Positions 50,191-58,925 of a stretch of DNA of 64,000 bases are shown one piece after another. Made by a program: the position numbers and the translations under genes. The notes under the pieces are model-generated. The model saw nothing but the letters and a program-made list of their open reading frames with translations. It searched no databases and had not been told where the DNA came from. Source of the stretch: an uncultured Thermoleophilia bacterium (GTDB lineage: Bacteria > Actinomycetota > Thermoleophilia > UBA2241); NCBI GenBank assembly GCA_963715985.1, contig CAVQSP010000008.1, positions 1-64,000 of the forward strand. The letters run 5' to 3'. Numbering within the stretch: position 1 is the first letter of the stretch; the number at the start of each line of letters is the position of its first letter.

Positions 50191-51693
50191 ATGAGCGGGT
50201 TCTCCGAGTTCCACGAGTACGACGGTCTGGGCATGGCGGAGCTCGTGAGGTCCGGGCAGATCAGCGCCGCCGAGCTCGTGGACGAAGCCGCCGGCCGCAT
50301 CGAAGCGCGGAACCCGCGTGTCAACGCGGTGGTGCGCCCGATGTTCGACAGGGCGCGTGCGGAGGTGCGCGGGTCGCCGCCCGGCGGGCCGTTCGGCGGC
50401 GTGCCCTTCCTGCTCAAGGACCTCGTCTCGACGGTCGAAGGCGTGCCCACGAGCTGCGGCACGCGCATCCTCAGGGACGTGCCGGCGCTACACGACAGCG
50501 AGATGGTGCGCCGGTACCGCGCGGCGGGCCTCGTGATCCTCGGTAAGACCAACACGCCGGAGTTCGGCTTGCTGCCCTACACGGAGCCGGTGGCGTTCGG
50601 TCCGACCAACAACCCGTGGGACCTCACACGCACGCCCGGCGGCTCGAGCGGCGGTTCCGCGGCGGCCGTGGCCGCCGGCGGATGGTGCCCCTCGCGGGAG
50701 GCGGCGACGGCGGCGGGTCGCTGCGCATCCCGGCCTCGTGCTGCGGCCTGTTCGGCCTGAAGCCCACGCGCGGACGGACGCCTACCGGGCCGGACGTCGG
50801 CGACATCTGGCGCGGCTTCGTCCAGGAACACGTGGTCACGCGTTCGGTGCGCGACAGTGCCGCGCTGCTGGACGCCGTGGCCGGGTCGGACGCAGGCGCG
50901 CCGTACTGGGCTCCGCCCGCGGCGCGTCCGTACCTGGACGAGGTCGGCACGGAGCCCGGCCGCCTGCGCATCGCCTGCTCGGCCAGGCCGCTGCTCGGCG
51001 GAGCGGTGGACCTGGACTGCTTGGCAGGCTTGCAGGCCACAGCGAGACTGCTGGAGGGGCTCGGCCACGAGCTCGTGGAGGCCTCGCCGCCGGTGGACAA
51101 GGAGCGCTTCGCCGTCTCCTTCCTGATGGTGATCGCGGCCGAGACCGCGGACTCTGTGGAGTCGGCCTCCAGAGCGGCCGGCCGCAAACCGTCCCTCGCC
51201 GACTTCGAGATCGGCGACGCGGGCGCTGGCCATGCTCGGCAGGGCGTTCAGCGCCGGCGAGTACGCCGGCGCGCTGAACTACCTCCTCGCCGCCTCGCGG
51301 CGCATCGCCCGCTTCTTCGAGGACTACGACGTCCTCCTGACACCGACGCTGGCCAAGCCGCCCGTGCCGACGGGCTCGCTGCAGCCCTCGAAGTCAGAAG
51401 CGCTTCAGGTCGAGCTCGCGGGCCGCCTCAGCGCCTCGTGGCTGCTCAAGACCCTCGGCGTCATCAAGCCGCTGGCCGAGAGGACGTTCGCGTTCATGCC
51501 CTACACGCCGGTGTTCAACGTCACCGGCCAGCCGGCGATGTCGGTGCCGCTGTACTGGAACGCGGCCGGACTGCCGGTCGGCATGCACTTCGTCGGGCGC
51601 TTCGGTGACGAGGCCACCCTGTTCCGGCTCGCCGCGCAGCTCGAGCGCGCGCAGCCGTGGTTCGCGCGCACGCCGCCGGGCATGAGCGGGTGA
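50191..51693 (+). CDS. Amidase signature family enzyme; two apparent frameshifts
   Basis: [39 protein letters not shown] and [11 protein letters not shown]. Confidence 0.88.
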
Positions 51694-51945
51694 CGGGCCG
51701 TAGTGAGCGCCGGCGCATCGCACCAGGCGACGGCCGCGGCGGACGACCTCGGCCCGCGCGCGGCGGCCATCACTGCCGGCTACTCGCCGGAGGCGCCGGA
51801 GGCGACTGCCCGAGCCCTGCGTGCCCCTCGCTCGGCTGTTGTGGGACGAGTACGGACGCGAGAGGCGCGTCGTGGCGCTCATCGTCTTCGGCGCTCGCGA
51901 GCGGCGGAGCCTGGAGAGTGCGATCAAGGCGCTGAAGGGAGCGCG

Positions 51946-52782
51946 ATGAAGGACCTCACGGACGCCGTCGCCTACGTGGTCGGCGGGTCGAGCGGGATCG
52001 GCCTTTCGACGGCCAGGCTGCTGGCGGCGGCGGGCGCCCACGTCGTCGTCTTCGCCCGCACGCCGGAGAGGCTGGACGCGGCGCTGGCAGAGCTCGAGCG
52101 CCGCCGCATCTCGCCGGGCCAGCGCTTCGCGGCCCGCCGGCTCGACGTGACGGACCACGCCGCGGTCGGCAGGGTCATGAGTGAGACGGTCGGCATGTCC
52201 GGCGCGCCCGACCTGCTCGTCAACTGCGCCGGACGTGCCCTGCCGCACTACTTCAAGGACGTCACCTACGAGCAGTTCGACGAGACCATGAAGGTCAACC
52301 TCTACGGCGTCTGGAACGTCGTCTCCGCCCTGGCGCCGCACATGACGGCCCGCGGCGGCCACATCGTGAACGTCTCCTCGATGGCCGGGTTCATCGGGGT
52401 CTTCGGCCTCACCGACTACTGCGCCTCCAAGTTCGCCGTCGTGGGCTTCTCCGAGGCGCTGCGCCAGGAGCTGCGGCCGTTCGGCATCGCCGTCTCGGTG
52501 CTGTGCCCGCCGGACACCGACACGCCGGGCTTCGCCCGCGAGAACCTGACGAAACCTCCGGAGACGAAGGCCGTCTCGTCCGGCGCCAAGCTGATGCAGC
52601 CCGACGAGGTGGCCCACGCCCTGCTCGACGGCCTTCGCCGTGGCACCTTCATGATCGTCCCCGGCGCCGGCGGCAAGCTGACGTACTTCCTCAAGCGGCA
52701 CGCTCCCTCCGTGGTGGACGTCAGCGTGAGGCGGACCATCCGCAGATCGCAAGCCGAGACCGGGCAGACTGGAGTCACATGA
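51946..52782 (+). CDS. Short-chain dehydrogenase/reductase (KDSR-like)
   Basis: GGSSGIG, NCAG, YCASK and PPDTDTPG. Confidence 0.88.
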   Translation: MKDLTDAVAYVVGGSSGIGLSTARLLAAAGAHVVVFARTPERLDAALAELERRRISPGQRFAARRLDVTDHAAVGRVMSETVGMSGAPDLLVNCAGRALPHYFKDVTYEQFDETMKVNLYGVWNVVSALAPHMTARGGHIVNVSSMAGFIGVFGLTDYCASKFAVVGFSEALRQELRPFGIAVSVLCPPDTDTPGFARENLTKPPETKAVSSGAKLMQPDEVAHALLDGLRRGTFMIVPGAGGKLTYFLKRHAPSVVDVSVRRTIRRSQAETGQTGVT

Positions 52783-52831
52783 TGGGCAACGAGACCGGGC
52801 AGACTGGAGTCACATGATGGGCAACGAGACC
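52756..52831 (+). repeat. Exact 35-bp tandem duplication (2 copies plus a partial)
   Basis: GAGACCGGGCAGACTGGAGTCACATGATGGGCAAC at 52756-52790 and 52791-52825, then GAGACC. Confidence 0.9.
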
Positions 52832-53218
52832 AGACATGTGGTGGGCTGGCTGGTGCTGCCCGCCGCGGCGGCCGCCAACGGCGCACTGCGCGATGCGACC
52901 TACGGTAAAAGGATGGGGCGGACCGCCGCGCACTCCCTGGCGGTGGTGCCGCTCATCGTGACCGTCTTCGCGTGGGCAGCCGGGCTGGAGCGGCGCTGGC
53001 CACTGGCGTCCCGTCGCGCCGCAGCGAAGGTCGGTGTCGTGTGGCTCGCGTTGACGCTCGCCTTCGAGTTCGGGATGGGCGCCACCAGAGGGACCCCGGC
53101 CCGAGAGATGCTCGCCGAGTACGACGTCCGCGGCGGTCACTTGTGGCCGCTGGTGCCGCTCGCCGTGGTCGTGGCGCCGGTGCTGGTGTTCCGGCGCACG
53201 GCGCGGCGGACGCCCTAG
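52814..53218 (+). CDS. Small membrane protein of unknown function
   Basis: ANGALRD...WLALTLAFEF...YDVRGGHLW; hydrophobic helices. Confidence 0.65.
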   Translation: MMGNETRHVVGWLVLPAAAAANGALRDATYGKRMGRTAAHSLAVVPLIVTVFAWAAGLERRWPLASRRAAAKVGVVWLALTLAFEFGMGATRGTPAREMLAEYDVRGGHLWPLVPLAVVVAPVLVFRRTARRTP

Positions 53219-53237
53219 GACCCCGACTGCGCCGCTG

Positions 53238-54254
53238 ATGGCTCCCACCGTTTCTGCGAACAGCGTGCCCGGCCCCGCCGCCCCGGTCGACTGGCTCCTG
53301 GCGGCGGAGCCGTTCGTCGAGTACAGGACCCGGCTCGACCTGCTCGATCAAGGGCCGGGCGAGCCCGCGGTGCGGGAGGCGCGCCGGGCCATGCTGGCCG
53401 ACCCGCGGGTGCTCGCTCTGGTCGGCGAGCTGGCCGGCTGGCCGGTCCGGGTCATCGCCGGCCACAAGAGCGCCGGCCAGCCGTTCCACAAACTGACATT
53501 CCTCGCCGACCTCGGCCTCCACGCGCGCGACCCCGGCGTCGGATCGGTCGTCGCGGCGATCGTCGCCCACCGGTCCGAAGCGGGCCCCTTCCAGCTGCCC
53601 ATGAACATCCCGCGACACTACGGTGGGTCGGGCGAGGACGCGTGGGCGTGGGCCCTCTGCGACGCCCCGTTGCTCGTCTACGGCCTGGCGGGGCTCGGCC
53701 TGGGCGGCGACCCCGCGGTCCGCATGGCCTTGGCTCACCTGACCGGCCTGGTCCGCGAGAACGGGTGGCCGTGCGCGGTCTCCATGGAGCTCGGGCGCTT
53801 CCGCGGACCGGGACGCAAGGACGACCCGTGCCCCTTCGCGACGCTGGCCATGCTCAAGGCGCTCGCGCTCTTCGACGACCTTCGCGACGGGCAGGCCGCA
53901 CGCACAGGAGCCGAGACCATCCTCGCCCTGTGGGAAGACAGTCGCGCCCGGCACCCCTACCAGTTCTACATGGGCACCGACTTCCGCAAGGTCAAGGCGC
54001 CCTTCGTGTGGTACGACCTCCTGCACGTGCTCGACGTCCTCTCGCGGTTCCCGCGACTTCGCGGTGACCCTCGCTTTCGGGACATGCTCGCCACGCTCAC
54101 AGGCAAGGCGGACGGCGCCGGGCGGTACACGCCCGAGTCCGTGTGGACGGCGTGGAAGGCGTGGGAGTTCGCGCAGAAGAAGGAGCCGTCGGCCTGGGTC
54201 ACGCTGTTGGCGTGGCGCATCGTCGCCAGGGCCGGGCTCGCCCCGGTGGCGTGA
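53238..54254 (+). CDS. Hypothetical protein, probable alpha/alpha-toroid (prenyltransferase-like) fold
   Basis: Long ORF with high-GC codon usage: VDWLL..EP.V.YRT, NGWPC and F.APFVWYDLLHVLDVL. Confidence 0.6.
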   Translation: MAPTVSANSVPGPAAPVDWLLAAEPFVEYRTRLDLLDQGPGEPAVREARRAMLADPRVLALVGELAGWPVRVIAGHKSAGQPFHKLTFLADLGLHARDPGVGSVVAAIVAHRSEAGPFQLPMNIPRHYGGSGEDAWAWALCDAPLLVYGLAGLGLGGDPAVRMALAHLTGLVRENGWPCAVSMELGRFRGPGRKDDPCPFATLAMLKALALFDDLRDGQAARTGAETILALWEDSRARHPYQFYMGTDFRKVKAPFVWYDLLHVLDVLSRFPRLRGDPRFRDMLATLTGKADGAGRYTPESVWTAWKAWEFAQKKEPSAWVTLLAWRIVARAGLAPVA

Positions 54255-54303
54255 GCAGTGCCGGCCCGAGAAGGATCATCAGAAGAGGTCGACGCATCAC
54301 GCG

Positions 54304-54405
54304 GTGCGCCCCGAGGAGCCCGGCGACGAAGCCCGCATCCGCGAGGTCAACGAGCGCGCCTTTGGACAGAGCGCGGAGGAGGACGTCTTCGACGAGCTGC
54401 GTCGA
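54304..54405 (+). pseudogene. Fragment of a YhbS-like GNAT acetyltransferase N-terminus
   Basis: VRPEEPGDEARIREVNERAFGQSAEEDVFDELR, with no recognisable continuation. Confidence 0.45.
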
Positions 54406-54491
54406 CCACCACCAGCCCGAGTCCGACGCCGCGGTGTAGGCTGGCGGGCGCGCGACGCATTCCGCGCAGACACCCGACCGAGGAGCCCGAG

Positions 54492-54830
54492 ATGTTCGCC
54501 ACCGCCGACCCCGAGGGGTTTGTCACCGTCGCGCCCGGCGTCCGCCGCAAGACGCTGTGTTTCGGCCGCGAGACGCTGCTGGCCGAGTTCCGCCTCGACG
54601 CAGGTCACGACCTGCCCCGGCACGCCCACCCGCACGAGCAGACAGGCTACCTGGTGAGCGGGCGCCTCACGCTCACGATCGGTGAGGAGACGCGCGACCT
54701 CGCGCCCGGCGACAGCTGGTGCATCGCCGGCGACGTCGAGCACGGGGCCCGCGTTCTGGAGGACGCCGTGGCCGTGGAGGTGTTCTCGCCGCTGCGCGAG
54801 GACTTCCTCCCCGAGGCGTCCACCACGTAG
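54492..54830 (+). CDS. Cupin domain protein
   Basis: PRHAHPHEQTGYLVSG...GDSWCIAGDVEHG...EVFSPLRED; AGGAG RBS. Confidence 0.85.
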   Translation: MFATADPEGFVTVAPGVRRKTLCFGRETLLAEFRLDAGHDLPRHAHPHEQTGYLVSGRLTLTIGEETRDLAPGDSWCIAGDVEHGARVLEDAVAVEVFSPLREDFLPEASTT

Positions 54831-55022
54831 GCGCTCGGGGCCTGTGCGGCCTCGCCGTCCGGACGCGGGGTGCGAGTGCCACCCGTCGCCGGCCCCGCGC
54901 GGCCGTGCACGAAGGTCGCGTTTGCGCCGTGCCGGGGCGGGAACAAGAGGCGGGCAGGCGGCTGCTGCTCGCCGGCAACGCCGGCAGCCGCCCCGCGACG
55001 ACGCTCCCGCAGGGAGGACGGT

Positions 55023-55469
55023 GTGCGCGAGGCCACACCAGACGATGTGCCCAGGCTCCTTGACTTGATGGAGGAGTTCTACGCGGAGGCCGGCTACGTG
55101 CTCGACGAGCCGGAGGCGCAGGCCTCGTTCCAGAGCCTGCTCGACGAACCCCGGCTCGGCAGGGTATGGGTGGCCGAGCAGGACGGGGACGTCGCAGGGT
55201 ACGTTGTCGTCACGTTCGTGTTCGCGATGGAGCACGGCGGCACCATGGGCATGGTGGATGACTTCTTCGTGCGTCCCGAGTACCGCGGCGCCGGGCTGGG
55301 GACCGCCCTCCTGACAGGCGTCCGCTCCGCCTGCGCCGGCCTCGGCCTTCGTGCCCTGCGCGTGGAGGTCGGTCACGACAACGCTCCCGCACAGGCCGTA
55401 TACCGCGCGGCCGGGTTCGAGACACTGGATCGCCGGCTCATGGCGGCACGCCTGCACGGACCGGCGTGA
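55023..55469 (+). CDS. GNAT acetyltransferase
   Basis: DDFFVRPEYRGAGLG and NAPAQAVYRAAGF. Confidence 0.85.
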   Translation: MREATPDDVPRLLDLMEEFYAEAGYVLDEPEAQASFQSLLDEPRLGRVWVAEQDGDVAGYVVVTFVFAMEHGGTMGMVDDFFVRPEYRGAGLGTALLTGVRSACAGLGLRALRVEVGHDNAPAQAVYRAAGFETLDRRLMAARLHGPA

Positions 55470-55483
55470 CAAGGAGACCCACC

Positions 55484-55891
55484 ATGAGCGGGCGGATCTT
55501 CGTGAAGCTGCCGGTCAGGGACCTCGACCGTTCGGTCGGATTCTTCGGCAAGTTCGCGTTCGCGTTCGATCCCCATCTCGCCAACGAGCGGGCCACGTGC
55601 ATGATCGACGCCGACGGCATCTCCGTGATGCTGCTTGTCGAGGACTTTTTCGAGACGTTCACCGACAGGCCGGTGGCGGATGCGAGAGCGGTCACCGAGG
55701 CCATCATCGCGCTCTCCGCGGAGAGCCGCGAGGCGGAGGACGAGATGGTCGCCGAGGACGTGACCGCCGGAGGCTCCACCGTCCGCGAGCCGGAGGACCA
55801 CGGCTCCATGTACGGCCACGGCTTCCAGGACCCGGACGGCCACATCTGGGAGCTCGTCTTCATGGAACCCGGCGCGGTGCCGGAGGGCTGA
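55484..55891 (+). CDS. VOC/glyoxalase family protein
   Basis: IFVKLPVRDLDRS and FQDPDGHIWE. Confidence 0.85.
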   Translation: MSGRIFVKLPVRDLDRSVGFFGKFAFAFDPHLANERATCMIDADGISVMLLVEDFFETFTDRPVADARAVTEAIIALSAESREAEDEMVAEDVTAGGSTVREPEDHGSMYGHGFQDPDGHIWELVFMEPGAVPEG

Positions 55892-55932
55892 GACGGCCCT
55901 CGCGCCGCGCTCACGACGCCAAGGAGGACACC

Positions 55933-56319
55933 ATGTCACGTGTCATCCACTTCGAGATCCACGCCTCCGAGCCGGAGGCCCTGGCCGCCTACTACGCCGA
56001 CCTGCTGGGCTGGACCTTCGCTAAGCAGGAGGGCATGGACTACTGGCTGATCGACACCGGGCCGTCCGCGCAGCCCGGCATCAACGGCGGGCTGCTGCGC
56101 CGCCCCGTCGCCGGGCCGGCTCTGGGTCAGGCCGTGAACGCCTTCGTCTGCACTGTGGAGGTCGACTCACTCGACCAGACCCTGGCGCGCAATGCGGAGC
56201 TCGGCGGCGAGGTCGCGCTGCCGAGGATGCCGGTCACTGGGCTCGGCTGGCTCGCTTACCTGCTGGACCCGGACCGCAATATGCTCGGCGTGCTGGAGCG
56301 CGACCCGGCGGCAGCCTGA
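55933..56319 (+). CDS. VOC/glyoxalase family protein
   Basis: VIHFEIHA, GINGGL and DPDRNMLG; AAGGAGG RBS. Confidence 0.87.
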   Translation: MSRVIHFEIHASEPEALAAYYADLLGWTFAKQEGMDYWLIDTGPSAQPGINGGLLRRPVAGPALGQAVNAFVCTVEVDSLDQTLARNAELGGEVALPRMPVTGLGWLAYLLDPDRNMLGVLERDPAAA

Positions 56320-56615
56320 TCGCAGGCGACTGCATGTGAGCTTCCCTGCGCGGTCGCTCGCTCGGCGATGATCTTCGTGGCCTCCACGATGGACGCCGTG
56401 CTGCCGTCGTCCCACTTGACCGTGTACGTGTCGTCGGTCGCCTCGCCGATCCCCCCCGAGTAGAAGCGGCCGTTCGACCACACCGCCGGCACGCGGTCCC
56501 CGACGGCGAACGTCCTCGCGGGGATCGCGCGCACCTCGCCCGCCTTCAGCGTGCTCGAAGAGCCTCGCGCGGCCGACCCGGCAGCGAGCGCGCCGAGCGC
56601 CGCCGGTACGAGCAT
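56256..56615 (-). CDS. Hypothetical small protein with a Tudor/SH3-like segment
   Basis: FAVGDRVPAVWSNGRFYSG...TYTVKWDDGS; boundaries uncertain. Confidence 0.45.
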   Translation of the reverse strand: MLVPAALGALAAGSAARGSSSTLKAGEVRAIPARTFAVGDRVPAVWSNGRFYSGGIGEATDDTYTVKWDDGSTASIVEATKIIAERATAQGSSHAVACDQAAAGSRSSTPSILRSGSSR

Positions 56616-56694
56616 GCCTCTGAGGATCCTGGACCGCAGGTGCTGCTCCTCTGCCGGGTGGGACCCGAGGCATGGACGCGTACCTCGGTGACGC

Positions 56695-56752
56695 TTGACG
56701 CGCGGGTGGCGCGTTGATATCTTTTCTCAACTGTTCTGAGAACAGTTCTCAA
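56695..56752 (+). promoter_or_regulatory. Promoter with overlapping Fur-type operator array
   Basis: TTGACG-17-TATCTT with TG extension; TGATATCTTTTCTCA at 56715-56729; perfect 7-1-7 TGAGAAC-A-GTTCTCA at 56737-56751. Confidence 0.75.
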
Positions 56753-56774
56753 GACTCCTGCAAGAGAGGCTGCC

Positions 56775-57227
56775 GTGGTCGATCCGCGACCCACACACGA
56801 CATCGAGACCGTCTTTCACGAGAAGGGCATCCCCTTCACGCGCCAGCGCCGGCTCGTATGGAGCTACTTCTCCGGCGAAGACCGCGCGGCGACCATCACT
56901 GAGGCGGCGGAGGCTTTGCGCCCCGAGGGCGTCGGCCAGGCCACCGTGTACCGCACCGTCACCCTGCTCGGCGAGCTCGGCCTGCTGGCGCGCGTGCAGG
57001 ACGGGCAGGGCGAGATCTGCTACACCGCGCCCCCCATCGGCCACAGCCACCCGCTGATCTGCGGCGAGTGCCGCCGCGTGGTGCGCTTCGACGGCAACGG
57101 CGACGTCAAGGAGCTCGAGGTGCGGTTGGAACGTGAGACCGGGTTCTCGGTCTACGGCCACCACCTCGAGGTGTACGGGATCTGCCCGCAGTGCGCGGCG
57201 GCCAGAAAGGAATGGGACGGTGTCTGA
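56775..57227 (+). CDS. Fur-family transcriptional regulator
   Basis: TRQRR, ATVYRT, HSHPLICGEC and HHLEVYGICPQC. Confidence 0.9.
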   Translation: MVDPRPTHDIETVFHEKGIPFTRQRRLVWSYFSGEDRAATITEAAEALRPEGVGQATVYRTVTLLGELGLLARVQDGQGEICYTAPPIGHSHPLICGECRRVVRFDGNGDVKELEVRLERETGFSVYGHHLEVYGICPQCAAARKEWDGV

Positions 57228-57945
57228 CGCTACGACCTCAGCCGCGTCGAACCCCGGCGTCTGGCCGGATGCGGCGGCGCTCGACGGCCACCGCTTCTTC
57301 GTCTCGTGGAGCGGCGGCAAGGACGCCTGCTTGGCCATGCAGCGGGCCGCGGCCGCAGGCGGCCGGCCCGCCGCCCTGCTCTGCATGCTGCACGAGGAGG
57401 GGCGCGTCAGCCGCGGGCACGGCCTGCCCGTCGCCCTCCTTCAGGCGCAGGCCGATGCACTCGGCGTGCCGCTCGTCACGCGCGCCACCACCTGGGACGA
57501 CTACGAGGCCACCTTTGTCCCCGTTTTGCACGAACTTCGCGACCAAGGCGTGGAGGCCGGCGTGTTCGGCGACATCGACCTGCAGGCGCATCGCGACTGG
57601 GTCGAGGGCGTCTGTGAGGTCGCCGGCCTGGACTGCCACCTGCCCCTGTGGCAGGAGCCGCGCCGCCGCCTGCTCGCCGAGTTCCTCTCCGCCGGCGGCC
57701 GCGCCACGATCGTCGCCGTCGACTCGTCCAAGCTCGGCGCCGAGTACCTCGGCCGCGAGCTCGACGACGCGCTCATCTCCCGCCTCGAAGCCGCAGGTGT
57801 CGACGCCTGCGGTGAGGAGGGCGAGTACCACACGATGGTCACCGCCGGTCCGCTCTTCCGCGCCCCTGTCCCGCTCGCGTGGGACGGCGTGGAAGAGCGC
57901 GACGGCCACTGGGTCCTTCGCTTCTCGTCCGCACACCAAGCATGA
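57220..57945 (+). CDS. DUF71/COG2102 PP-loop ATPase (diphthine-ammonia ligase family)
   Basis: SWSGGKDA, FGDIDL, PLW and DACGEEGEYHT. Confidence 0.88.
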   Translation: MSDATTSAASNPGVWPDAAALDGHRFFVSWSGGKDACLAMQRAAAAGGRPAALLCMLHEEGRVSRGHGLPVALLQAQADALGVPLVTRATTWDDYEATFVPVLHELRDQGVEAGVFGDIDLQAHRDWVEGVCEVAGLDCHLPLWQEPRRRLLAEFLSAGGRATIVAVDSSKLGAEYLGRELDDALISRLEAAGVDACGEEGEYHTMVTAGPLFRAPVPLAWDGVEERDGHWVLRFSSAHQA

Positions 57946-58925
57946 AGGGAGTCACCGTCACCATGAGCACCACCCGCACCGTCCGCGCCGCCGCGCTCCT
58001 CCTCGTCATCGCCCTCGCCGCGGGCGCCCTCGCCCTGAGCGCCTGCGGTTCGGGCGAAGAGACAGTCTCGGCGTCTGGGTCGCCCTCCGCGGCCGCTTCC
58101 GCCGGCCCCATCACCGTCACCGACGACACCGGCGCCACCGTCACGCTCGCGGCGCCGGCGGAGAAGATCGTGAGCCTCGCTCCGGCCAACACCGAGATCA
58201 CCTACGCCGTCGGCGCCGGCGACAAGATGGTGGCCGGCACGAGCTACGACGACTACCCCGAGGAGGCCAAGGCGCTGCCCAAGGTCGGCGACTTCGCCAA
58301 TCCCAGCGTGGAGAGGATCGCCTCCTACGAGCCCGACCTCGTGCTCGCCGCCGGCGGCATCCAGGACAAGCTCCGCACCAAGCTCGAGGATCTCGGCATG
58401 CAGGTGTACGTGGTGGACCCCAAGACGTACGCCGCCGTGCAGAACGACATCGCCAACATCGGCACGCTCGCCGGCACCACCGACACGGCCCAGCAAGTCG
58501 TCGACACGATGGAGCAGGCCAAGACCGACGTGACCGCCAAGGTCGGCTCGCTGACGCCCGCCACCACATTCCTTGAGATCTACAGCAAGCCGCTGATGAC
58601 CGCCGGCGCCGAGACGTTCATCGACGACATGATCACCATCGCCGGCGGCACCAACATCGGCGCCGCGGCGGGCAGCGGCTTCCCGACGTTCAGCACCGAG
58701 GTATTGGCCAGGGACGACCCGCAGGTCTACATCGCCGATTCCGGCTCCATGAGCAAGCCGGGCGACATCACCAAGCGCGCCGGCTTCGCCGAGCTCACCG
58801 CCGTGAAGAACGGCACGGTGTACGTGATCGACGACAACGTCATCGCGCGCCCCGGTCCGCGCCTGGCAGACGGCCTGAAGCAGCTCGCTGGAATGATCCA
58901 TCCCGAGGCCTACACCGCGCAGTGA
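57942..58925 (+). CDS. btuF: Cobalamin/Fe-siderophore ABC substrate-binding lipoprotein (BtuF-like; alternative start 57963)
   Basis: Lipobox LSAC, IVSLAPANTE, DYP and RPGPR. Confidence 0.8.
   Translation: MKGVTVTMSTTRTVRAAALLLVIALAAGALALSACGSGEETVSASGSPSAAASAGPITVTDDTGATVTLAAPAEKIVSLAPANTEITYAVGAGDKMVAGTSYDDYPEEAKALPKVGDFANPSVERIASYEPDLVLAAGGIQDKLRTKLEDLGMQVYVVDPKTYAAVQNDIANIGTLAGTTDTAQQVVDTMEQAKTDVTAKVGSLTPATTFLEIYSKPLMTAGAETFIDDMITIAGGTNIGAAAGSGFPTFSTEVLARDDPQVYIADSGSMSKPGDITKRAGFAELTAVKNGTVYVIDDNVIARPGPRLADGLKQLAGMIHPEAYTAQ

Noticed and set aside
52756-52831. 35-bp repeat as a CRISPR array
   Set aside because: The copies are directly adjacent with no spacers, and no cas genes are present.
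57220-57945. Diphthamide biosynthesis
   Set aside because: Bacteria lack the EF-2 diphthamide pathway, and the context points to corrinoid salvage.
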